Positions 51,279-62,345 of a DNA stretch of 64,000 nucleotides are shown one piece after another. Within the stretch, counting starts at the first letter, position 1; every line of letters begins with the position of its first letter. The stretch is taken from assembly GCA_047495785.1 (NCBI GenBank), contig JBLDXI010000007.1, forward strand, positions 434,001 through 498,000, written 5' to 3'. A program made the position numbers and the translations under genes. Origin of the DNA: Lepidodermella squamata. Lineage: Eukaryota > Animalia > Gastrotricha. The notes beneath the pieces are model-generated. The model did no database searches and was not told the DNA's origin. It was given only the letters and a program-made list of their open reading frames with translations.

Positions 51279-52991
51279 ATGTCACACTTGCGAGGAATTT
51301 CAACAACGTGTCTAGCTTTAACAAATTCTTGCCTCAACACGGCTGATCAAGTCGGGGATTGTTTACTTTACACCGCCAAGCAATATGAACCATTTCTTGA
51401 CACTTGCATCGACACCACGAACTATTATTCGGATCAAATTGGAGGCTGTATGGTTTACACAGCGCAACAAGTGCCTGGGCTTCAAAAATTGGTCGAAAAT
51501 CAAGTTGCCGGACAGCGAGATAGCGAAACTGTTCGCCGAATAGCCTTACAGGCTTTCATGAGCGCTGTTTCCATCCAGCAATGGGAGGGAATGCATAAAT
51601 CAAGACGGCAATCGGACACGTCAACTGTTGGAACAGATTTGATCGTCCAGCTTCACTTCAATTCAACGCTATTCCTACAAAATAGTCGATTGGAATTTCC
51701 GCTATCGGTTAATCGACTGCAAGAGTTGCTAGAGCGTGGGAAAATATGTCAGTCAGAAATATTTTACTTCTTGACAAGTACCCGGCCAATAATTCATGAT
51801 AACGTTGTGGACCTGATGGAAAAATTTCTCGACCTGAAACGCGACTTTGGCTCAACGGTGGAAAGGAATTTATATAAAACCATCGAGGTCAACGAATTTA
51901 TCACGAGATTATTTCATCGACGAGCTATTTCTTTCTACGGAAGAGACGATAAATACCTTCTTAGAAGTGGCGAGCAAGGCGCTGGTGGTTTTGAATTGAT
52001 AGGCACTGAAAACGAGAAAGCGCCACTGAATCTTGATAATTATTTATCCTACGACGAAATGAAGATTTCAGCCCTGATAGGTTTATCGTCACCTTCAGCG
52101 TTCATCAACGAGGGTAGCCGTGGTAACAACGGTGTTTTGGTCGATAATCAGCGATCTTTCCAGATTCGAGGAATCGCAATCGGCTTGGTTCCACCACGTT
52201 TCGATCGCGAACTCGTAATGGAATACCATGATTTCGTTGTCGATTCAACTCAGAACAGTATTCGCCACGGTTTTGGTGTTGGGAATCGCTTGCAAGGACC
52301 TTTCAACAAACTTTGGGCCGATTTCTACGGCCTGGCTCTACCTTATTTTCCGAGCTACATGGATATCTTCAGCGGCGAAGATTTATCTGAGCAATATGTA
52401 TCGCTTTCAGATGGCAAATATATAAATAAAGTTCTTTACTCGCGGCGGATTCAAATCATGGCGGAAACATTGCTGCTGGAAGCAAATCTTCGAGCCTTTG
52501 AATTGAGCCGTCTAGCATTTATTCACGTTTCTGGTTTCGGCTTGGACGAGTGGCCGTTCGGTCAAAATGAGGTCGATACAAAAGTTATGCAAGAAGCCTA
52601 CTTGGCCGGTTTCGCCGCCGCTTTGAGCAAGCTTCACCTTACCTGCATTGGCGCTATTGCCTTTGCAGGGTTAAACACAGATTTGACAAGCGACGAAGAT
52701 TTGAAGACCATTTGCGAACCGAAAAACCCTGAAATAAGGATATTTACTACAAAACGAAATCCTATGGACAAACTAGTGGATCAAGATGAAAATTGTCTCT
52801 TGGTTGTGACGTATTCAGCCAGTTGCAATGCGCTACCTGGAAACGAATATTGGCTAGGCTCGTTAGATTCAACAGATACGCAAAGCTTTTGCTGCAGTTC
52901 GCTAATATCTGAACTGCACAACCCTTTGATAAATCCAACAATCAAAGGCGAGAACGCTAAAGTTTTACACCCGCTTTACGACAACTATTAG
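51279..52991 (+). CDS. DUF4804 / MavL-like macrodomain-family protein, intronless
   Basis: FGSTVERNLY, YLSYDEMKISALIGLSS..FINEGSRGNNG, PGNEYWLGSL, SLISELHNPLINP match my recollection of DUF4804; first ATG at 51279. Confidence 0.8.
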   Translation: MSHLRGISTTCLALTNSCLNTADQVGDCLLYTAKQYEPFLDTCIDTTNYYSDQIGGCMVYTAQQVPGLQKLVENQVAGQRDSETVRRIALQAFMSAVSIQQWEGMHKSRRQSDTSTVGTDLIVQLHFNSTLFLQNSRLEFPLSVNRLQELLERGKICQSEIFYFLTSTRPIIHDNVVDLMEKFLDLKRDFGSTVERNLYKTIEVNEFITRLFHRRAISFYGRDDKYLLRSGEQGAGGFELIGTENEKAPLNLDNYLSYDEMKISALIGLSSPSAFINEGSRGNNGVLVDNQRSFQIRGIAIGLVPPRFDRELVMEYHDFVVDSTQNSIRHGFGVGNRLQGPFNKLWADFYGLALPYFPSYMDIFSGEDLSEQYVSLSDGKYINKVLYSRRIQIMAETLLLEANLRAFELSRLAFIHVSGFGLDEWPFGQNEVDTKVMQEAYLAGFAAALSKLHLTCIGAIAFAGLNTDLTSDEDLKTICEPKNPEIRIFTTKRNPMDKLVDQDENCLLVVTYSASCNALPGNEYWLGSLDSTDTQSFCCSSLISELHNPLINPTIKGENAKVLHPLYDNY

Positions 52992-54247
52992 CGACCTAAA
53001 GCTGGAGGTAACCGGTGATATTCAAGTGGTTGAGTTCGTAACCTAAAATGCGGCTTGTTATTTTTGCACAAAATTTCGAATAAATCATATTATTTTGTTA
53101 TTTCAATCATGTTTGTCGACTCTCAAGGGCATCCAACCCAGCCGCGCACATGCTGCGCGAGTAAAGGAATTTCACCCGAAGTGGCTTTCGCGTCGACTGC
53201 GATAAACAAGTCACGCGCTGTCAATGACAAGTACTTGCGCTCTTTTCACATTTACACCTTGTCGAAATTGATGGGTGTCTAATAAAATGAAAAAGCTAAT
53301 TGTTGAATAATTGTTTATCTCAAATTTTGCAGCTCCTCATCTTGAATAGCATGCAAGTCTATTAGGCCAGAATTTTTAGGTAGTAGAGTATATTATAAGG
53401 CACTTTGAATTTATATCAGCTTCATCAATCTAACGCGGTTGGACGCCTCAAAGTTTGCGAGTGCACACACACACAGGAAGATGCGGTCCGGCTTCAAAGG
53501 TGATGCTGTTAACCCCATTCATCCGTAATATAATAGGTGAGAAGTCCGGCCAAGAATTAACGGTGTGTATTCGAGGCAAAGTTGACAATGTGCACCGACT
53601 TGATATACTCGCTTTTCGCTTTCTATGATGATAAAATTGTGACACTGCAACAGAGCGTGTCGCATCATGCATTTTCTTTCAAAGTTATAGGTCTCATTTT
53701 GCCGCATTTGTGGACATTTGAGTATGGACACTTTTTAATAATTCTTTTTTCTTGATTTTTTGCCGGGCTAATCACTAGACAAGGTCTGTATATAATGACA
53801 AATAAATAGAGGCGCTCTTGAAAATTTGTTGTCAAATATAATGCCCAATTTTTCAGTTGAAACAGCGCGTGTCTGTGGCGCGCTGAAAGGCATCATGCGA
53901 CACACGACACCTCTGTCAAGTGTTTACCTCAACAAAGAGCTCGGGCTTTATTGTCCGCGCGATGACACGACACGATGGGGCTATAAATATAGCACCTCGC
54001 CTACTTCATTAGCAGGCTCAATGTATTGTCTTCGCTTTGTTGCGCTAGCGCTTGCTGTGCGGTCACGTTTGTGACCCGCGCTTTATCACTCCCAGGCGTC
54101 GCCGCTTTTTCGCAACCCTAGACGCGAAACTTTGACACTAGGCTGAATCTTTATTAAACAAATTCTTGCTTACTCCAATGTCTCATCATGAAACCTTGTT
54201 AAAACCGAAAATATTCTCAATAATTCATTTTTGAAATTTCAATAGAA

Positions 54248-55762
54248 ATGTTAGATTTTTTATTTTACGGCATATTATTATTCGGGCTGTTGCTAACTGA
54301 CATCAGCCATTCAACTGAAGTTGGCATTGATATCGACAAATTAAGCGGTCAACTCCAGGTTGACTTTATGTCAAACCTCTACGCCGAATTAACCGCATCT
54401 TCGGCATCTCCTCATACAGAAGCCACCTTAAACCAAACCGTAGTAACGGTGAAGCCTTCAACAACCGGCTCAGCTTATTGCACACCGTCAGATGACGTAT
54501 TTGTCGAGGCTGTACTTCTCGATTTTCGAAATCTTGTCTTCAACTCGCGACATTTTTCCGCCGTCAACAAAATTGCGCTTTACGTCGTTGATAAATCGAA
54601 CGAAGACGACAAAAGGCTGCCGTTGCTTCGGAATGAGTCGTCATTTATTGTCACTGTCAATGGAAATGGCGCGTTATCAGATGCGAAAAGCAAATTTCGA
54701 ATGTCAGCCAGCGTTGCGAGGGGTGGGAAAAGCGTTTTTCTGCTGCCCAATGAGACTGCATCGATTTGCGTGTATTTCCCAATGCGGCAACGCACTTCTC
54801 TCGGAATTTTCGGCGTAATATGGGGCAGAGAAGATTCGCGATCCGACGCTGAGGATCTGGAAAAAGTTGAAGAGGCAGTTCTCAGCCTTCCTCTTCGGCG
54901 AAAACGAGAGGCTAAAACGAATCATTATTACCCGAAAGGACTCAAACTTAACCTAAATAACAGTCTTGACTTACTGTTGGCACCGCAATTCAGCAACGCA
55001 ACTGAAAAATTGAAGAGGCTCGATCATCCTAGATTTTTCCTGAAGGAGAGGAAAGTTTCCATCGCCAAAACTGTTGGTAAGACCGCGAAAAAAGGACGAG
55101 GCAAGCATGCTAGAAAAGGCAGTGTTAAGTCTTCGAAAAGCTCAAAGTCGACGAAGGTCGTAGAGTTCCCTCCCTTTGGCTCGGAATTGTCGACCAAGCC
55201 GCCTAGGAAGAACAATAAGTTGGATTTCAAGCAGAGGCGTGATGGGTTGAAGCATGATAAGCGCGGCCGTAAGCGACGGCAGAATCACCACAATTTATTG
55301 TCACTGAAAGTTGTTGGGGCAGAGGCTGAAGCTGGGATTACGACTACGTCAGCTGTAATGCACGACCCTGCTCCTGAGAGTGGAGAAGTTTGTAAGCATC
55401 ACAAGTTACCTATCAAGCTTGCAGAATTGGGCTGGAAACGGGTTATAATCGCACCTGAAGTCGTGGATATTTCATATTGTTCCGGCGTTTGCAGCATGGC
55501 TTTGGTGAGTTAACTTCATGGTTTCTCTATTTCATGTTCATTCGCGTATCATTTTTAGACTCCGAATAAAATCAGCAACCAAGCTATGCTTCTTCAACTT
55601 TTCAAAGTTGTGAGAGGGACATCTCTGCCTCATTCTCTGCCTGATCCTCAATGTGTTCCAACTGGCTACTCATCATTAACGCTGCTTTTTTACGATGAAA
55701 ACGAAAATATTGTGTTGAAAAATTATCCGAATATGATTGCCACTTCTTGCGGTTGTAGGTAG
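54248..55762 (+). CDS. TGF-beta superfamily ligand, BMP3/GDF10-like; exons 54248-55504 and 55559-55762
   Basis: Signal peptide, furin sites RRKR and RKRR, mature domain C...LGW..IIAP...YCSGVC...SNQA...PDPQCVP..SLTLLFYDENENIVLKNYPNMIATSCGCR. Confidence 0.88.
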
Positions 55763-56239
55763 TTTGAGCAGCGATGTCATATTATTTATTGAATGTTTCT
55801 TAAATACTTGGCGCTTTTTGCTTTTCCGCGCGATAATCAATTGAGGCCGAATTTTCTTGCGGTGAATGCTGTTATCATGTTGCCATTACTTTTTCTTTTA
55901 GGTCTCAACTAACAGACCAGCGAGCAAATGCTGTTCGACTGTATAGTCGGGCGGTTTCTCCCTGATTTTTACCCTGGGAAATAAGCATGATAGTACTGTT
56001 AGATATGATGCCTCAAACACGGTAAAAATGAGGGAGAAATTGCTAGCTAGTGAAGGGGTATCTATGTCAAATGTCGCATCTTTTCCAAGTTGTAAATGAA
56101 TATCAGATAATTTCCTTCAATTTCTGCCACGATTTCTTTTTATTTCTGGTATAATTACTGTACAATTTACCGCAAGAAACAGCAAACACTTTTGTATGAA
56201 GGAGAAATAAAATTTCAGTTTTGGATGAAAGTGGAAGAT

Positions 56240-58705
56240 TTATTTAGATGTCGGAATGTTGTCGATTTTGCAATACTTTTTGTCGTTTCGTCTGAAGACG
56301 TTTCGGAATCCACATTTAGCTATGTGATTATTTGATTTAAACGGAGTTTCGTGGCCATCCCCGCAGCTCGACTGCTGATCGATGTCGATTTCCCAGTCGT
56401 TGGCGTTAATCGTGGTTTTGCCTTTCAATTCGAACCATCCGTTTTCTGTTTTAGAGCAATCCATCATGATATCAATCATCCAGTAATGGTCACCTATAGC
56501 GGGCAAACGTGAATAGATTCGACAATTTATTGAAAAATATACCGTAAAGGTTAAGGCTGTTGTAGGCTACGTTCTTTTGGTTATTTGAAGTCCAAACCAT
56601 AGGTGAGCCATCTGCTGGTCTGTTTTGAAAAGAACCAGTCTGGTTCGACTCCCTGCCGGCCCAATCTAAGAAGTTGTCACCCTTAGACCAAATGTTGTAG
56701 GGAATATATGGTTCTGTTTTATATGACACATGATCGTATCGAATCGGAATGTAGCAATCACTCGGCGTGGTTTTGCACGAAGAACGCTGTTCGTTGCCGA
56801 TGCCGCCTCGTAAAAACATATATTGGCCATTGCTGCTAACAAAATTGATGAATACAATCGTTCGCTTCCAATCACCAGTAGGTGCTTTTGTTGTAGTAGT
56901 AGTTGCAGGAGTAGTCGGAACAGTTGTTGGCACGATTGTAGTTTCATTTTCAGAATCTTCTATTCTTGCCTCTGCAAGACAGTTGAATCAGGGTAACTTC
57001 TTGAATTATAAATGATAAACCCGCTTACCCGAATGAATGGCGATCATGGGCTCATCAACAGAGTTCGAAATTTCGATTACAGCCTTACCCGCCGAGTCGA
57101 CGAAAACACTAGAACCCGAGCAGCTCTTTTTATCGCTGCTTAGTTCCCCAGTGATTACGTCGCAATATCGCCCAGCTGGCAACCCGGTTTGAACTGTTTC
57201 CAGCATTTGTTTACTGCCTCCGTTCAACGCGAAGAACGCCTTATTCCCCCGGGAGAACGCAATCTGGTTTTCGCCATCATCCCACCAATTTAGCATGCCA
57301 GTATTTGCAGCAACATTCCGGAACTTGGCCATGTTGGCAATAGGGCGCCAGCGGTGTTCACAGATCCAGCCGTTGCCACAACTGCCATCAGCATTTATTT
57401 TCACAGGCTTAGTCTCGTACTTGGCGTCACACGGCGGTCCAACCCAATCATTTTGGTCCTTGCCGCCTTTGAAGTTTCGATCCCAATAGTAAGAACTCAT
57501 CACCCTAGCTTGACCGTAAGGCCATGCCAGCATAAACGCGACTGCCATCTTGTATTGGCGAGGCTTGAAGAACGTCAAAATGTCCCCACCCGATCCATGG
57601 CCGCGTTGATTGTCATGGTTGTCAATAAAAGCAAGAGCTTTACCATCAGGCATGAGGTTATCTGGAAAATTAAGGTGATTTAAATTCTCGGGAACCTCTG
57701 GGCAGTTTATACTTACTCCAACCTTCACCTAGGGATTTGAGCCCAGCTAATTGACTTCTGCCGCTGAAGTATTCGCTCAGATATTTCCCGTACTTGAATT
57801 CTGTCACGCGGGCTAAGCTGTAGTAGTCGGCTGCTTTTATAATTTCATCCCCAAAATCGATCACTTCTTGATAAATGAACGGCTTGCTGTTTGCTTTGAA
57901 ACCCTTTTCAGTCGGCAAGTTTTTCAACTTCGAAATGATGGTCTCGACATCAGTCGGCCACATGTGTTTTGCCGCGTCGAAGCGGAATCCGGCTACTCCA
58001 ATGTCGATTAGACTGTTAAGCCAAGTGACCAAAGTTGTTTCAACATTCGACCTGCTTTGCTTTAGATCAACAAGACCAACAAGTTGGCAGTTACGAACTT
58101 GGCTCGGATCGTCGAAATTCTCAATATTTCCGCTGCTACTGAGACATTCCCTGCCTTTGATGTTAAAATCTTCTTGCGTCCATGGAACTGTGGGAAATTC
58201 ATGCTTTGTAGCATCAAATGAACTACCACCGATGCCATTTGCTGACGAGCTACTTGATGAACTGGCGGATGCCATGTGGTTCAGTACAGCATCGACGTAG
58301 ATTCTAACGCCAACCTTATTGCAACGATCGACCATGTCTTTGAATTCAATTTCGTCTCCTGATCTTGAAATCGTTTTGTACGAAACAGGCTGGTAGCGTT
58401 CCCACCATGGTCGTTTCTCTTTTGCGTTCATAATCACGCGGTGTTCGTTCGGTGGGGAAACCTGGACCCCACAAAAACCCTTTGGAGCCAAGAATCTTTC
58501 GCATTCTAGGGCAATATCAGCCCATCTGAAATTGAAAGAACAGATACCCTATGAACAAAGATTTATCGAGATGCATTGTTATATACCTCCATTCAAAGAG
58601 ATGAACAATAGTTGTGCGACCTTCGGCACAATTAGGGTCGAACTGCCCATAAACCAGGACAGAGCAATAAAATATAGCAAGGAAAACTACAGAGATAGCT
58701 TTCAT
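56240..58705 (-). CDS. Alpha-amylase (GH13, animal type) copy 1, with T-rich linker and extra C-terminal domain; 5 exons
   Basis: [48 protein letters not shown]; catalytic D/E/D intact. Confidence 0.95.
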
Positions 58706-59097
58706 CTTGAGTTTACTTTTCTTGGAAAAAGAGGAAAAGTGGGCATCCAGAAATATCCTACGTGATATAGGGCAGGGCAACCCACACCCACACCGAAAGA
58801 TAAGGGCCGTACCGAAAGCGAAGCCGTGACCTAAAAAATAACCCTTGGCTCAGAACAAAAAAATTATCACCAACGCCGAGTCAGATAATGGAAGCATGTA
58901 AGGTACTCATTTACACTTTTTATGACGTCTATATGCTAAAGGGTATTTTGCTCGAATACACCCGATATTATCATCCTCGCCAAATCCTATTTTCCAAGTT
59001 CTGGATTTTGGGTTCCTTAGATAAAAAGACGCATTTTGTGACCTATATATAAAAAGATGAAACTTGAATGAGAAACAAACACTTGCCTTTGAACTAA

Positions 59098-59121
59098 CTT
59101 CAGCCTTCAGCCTTCAGCCTT
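59098..59121. repeat. Short tandem repeat (CTTCAGC)3
   Basis: cttcagc cttcagc cttcagc ctt between amylase copies 1 and 2. Confidence 0.7.
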
Positions 59122-59226
59122 GGGCTTGGGGTTGCTAGCTTTATTTTTCACAATAAATTTCAGCAAGGTAAAAACTAAGAAACGCTGATAGCGAAAAAGT
59201 TCATAATTGTCCAATTGTGATCATCT

Positions 59227-61641
59227 TCAAAGGGTGTCAATCCTGCAGTAACCGTTGTTGTACTTGAAGACGTTCAAAAAGCCGCATTTGGCAATGTGAT
59301 TCGTCGAAACAAACGGACGAGGAAGGCCAGAGTTACCCTCACAAGTTGAGGTCTGGCTAACGTCGTTCTCCCAGTTGTTCATGTACCCTTTGACTTCGAA
59401 CCAGCCGTCAACAGTAGTCGAACAGTCCATCAAGACATCGAGGATCCAATAGTGGTCACCTATTATACAACTAATTGAAAACAACTAATTTTAGGCAATG
59501 TTCAACAAACCGAATTGATTCAGCTGATTGTAAGCAGTATCAGACTTTTTGTTAGTCGTCCATGCCATCGGTGAGCCCTGAGCCTGCTTATTGGAGTGGG
59601 TTCCGGTCTGAGTCGCTTCCTTGCCGTTCCAGTCTAGGTAATTATCACCCTTCGACCAGGCGTTGTAGCCGGCGTAGTTCGATGATGTGTATGACACGTG
59701 ATCGTACCGAATCGGAATGAAGCAATCACTCGGCGTGGTTTTGCAACTAGCTCGTCGGTCGTTGCTGATACCGCCTCGTAGGAACAAATCCTGTCCAACC
59801 TGGCTTTGGAAATACAGGAAAACGACAGTTCGGCGGTAACCGGACGACGGGGGAGGCGTGACAATCGCTGGCGTAGTGTTCGGCTTCGTCGTGGTATCGA
59901 TTTCAATGACATCACTTCCAGCAATTTTACTATCTGTTTCGAAAATCGTGAGTTATTTTTAGCAAAATAGATATTAGGAATTCAAGTTACCAGAATGAAT
60001 GGCAATCATTGGCTCATCGAGCGAGTTGGAAATAGAAATAGAAGCCTTGCCGTCTGAACCAACCGTAATGCTGTAACCTGTGCAGCTTTTGCCATCGGCG
60101 CTGCGTTCACCCGAAATGACGTCACAGTACCGGCCAGAAGGGAGCCCGGTTTGCAAGCTCTGCGACATGAGCTTAGTGCCACCATTGATAGCGAAGAAAG
60201 CCTTGCTTCCTCGAGAGAAAGCGATCTGGTTGTCGCCGTCATCCCACCAGTTCGAAACAGGGGTTTCGCCGGCGATGTTACGAAACTTGGCCATGTTCGT
60301 GATAGGACGCCAGCGGTGTTCGCAGACCCAGCCATTTCCACAGCTGCCATCCGCGTTGATTGTGACAGGCTTGGTGTTGTAGTTCGCGTCACAGGGCGGG
60401 CCGACCCAATCGTTCTGATCCTTGCCGTTCTGGAAGTTTCGGTCCCAATAGTAAGAGCTCATAACTCGTGCGTGACCGTAGGGCCAGGCGAGCATGTAAG
60501 TTACTGCCATTTTGTATTGGCGGGGCTTGAAAAAGTTGAGGATCTCACCGCCACCTCCATGGCCACGTTGATTGTCGTGGTTATCAACGAATACAAGAGC
60601 GGCATTATCAGGCATAAGGTAACCTTTGAAAATGGTCTTAGGGCTTTTAAAGATGGAAATGTAGACTTACCATAACCTTGACCGAAGTTCTTGAGGTTTT
60701 TCAGCTGACTCTTACCGCTGAAGTATTCACTAAGGTATTTTCCGTAATTGAACTCGGTGACACGGGCGAAGGTATAATATTCCGATGATTTGATCGGCTC
60801 TCCTCCCAAATCGATAACCTCTTGGTAAATGAATGGTTTCGAGTTGGACTTGAACCCTTGATCTTCAGGCAGCGTATGGAGTACGCCAATGATAGCCTTG
60901 AGATCAGCAGGCCACATGTGTTTCGCAGCATCCCAACGGAACCCAGCGACGCCCATATCAATCAAATTATTGAGCCAGTTGGCTAGAGTCTGACGTACGT
61001 AAGGGCTGCTTTGTTTGAGATCAACAAGTCCGACGAGCCGGCAGTTGCGAACTTGGTTGGCATCGTTATAGTTCTCAATGTTGCCACTGCTGGTCTGGCA
61101 CTCTTTGCCCTTTTGGTTGAAGTCATTGGCGGTCCATGGAACGGCGGGGAAGTCGGTGGTGCCTGCATTGAATGGACTCCCGGCGATTCCGGTGCTCGAT
61201 CCCGAATCAGCGCCAGCCATATGGTTGAGCAATGCGTCGACGTAGATTCTCACGCCAACCTTATTGCAACGCTTCACCATATCGCGGAAAGCAGCTTCAT
61301 CGCCTGATCTGGAATAAGTTTTGTACGAAACAGGCTGATAGCGTTCCCACCAGGGTCGTTTCTCCTTCGCGTTCATGACCACGCGATGTTCGTTCGGTGG
61401 GGAAACTTGAACCCCACAGAATCCTTTCGGTCCTAAGAAGCGTTCGCATTCTGCAGCTATATCGACCCACCTTAATGTTTATAAATTTGATATTTCATTT
61501 GCTAGTTCACAAATTTTGTCCTTACCTCCATTCGAAGAGATGCACCATAGTTTGGCGACCTTCAGCGCAATTCGGATCGAAATTGCCATGGACACCGATC
61601 GCTAATCCAGCCAACAGGAAAATACCTGCGAATTTATTCAT
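59227..61641 (-). CDS. Alpha-amylase copy 2, with extra C-terminal domain; 5 exons
   Basis: Signal peptide [12 protein letters not shown]; same motifs and intron positions as copy 1. Confidence 0.95.
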
Positions 61642-62345
61642 TTTGTTGCAATTCTGTCTCTAAGACTGTTATCTTTTAATACTGGATTGCTTAAATACCT
61701 TAGTCTCGATATTGTTTCACACGCCAGAAGGCGTGAAGGAAACGGCTGATAAGCGGAAAATTGTTTCCCGACCTATATTTCGAACTTGACAGCACGTTTG
61801 GACAAATGCAATTAGGCGTTATCTCGATTCTTTCTCTGAGCCTACTGGTTTTGGCATCTCAGAAAAGCACGAACTGTCTGGAAAAAGAAATTTGCGGTTC
61901 AAAAGACCGAAAAATATTTCCATTGGCCTGATTTTCTATTTGCGTCAATCATGATACAAATGTGTTCAGCCTTGGGTCTAGACTCATCGAGAAGCTGGTA
62001 TTGAGATTGCTTATACTGGCATTTTTTGAACAAAACTTCAGACTGAGTGGTCATTTTGGATTGCATGGAATCTTCACTCGAACTAGGGTTTTCATCTCTT
62101 TATGTATCACAAATAATCTCATTCTCAATTCTTAAAAAATCAAGGTCGTCAGCTTTACTGGTTTTATTTCACTTTTCTGACGAGAAATTAAAGTAAAAAT
62201 AAGCTTTAAACTAATTTTCCGAGCGGCACAGCCGTATATCAACAACATGAACAATGAAAATGTGAAAATTATTCTGTGTAACCCAGGTTGTGTAACCCAT
62301 AAAATGTATTCAACGAATTTCAAAACCGGTTTTTCAACTTCGAGT

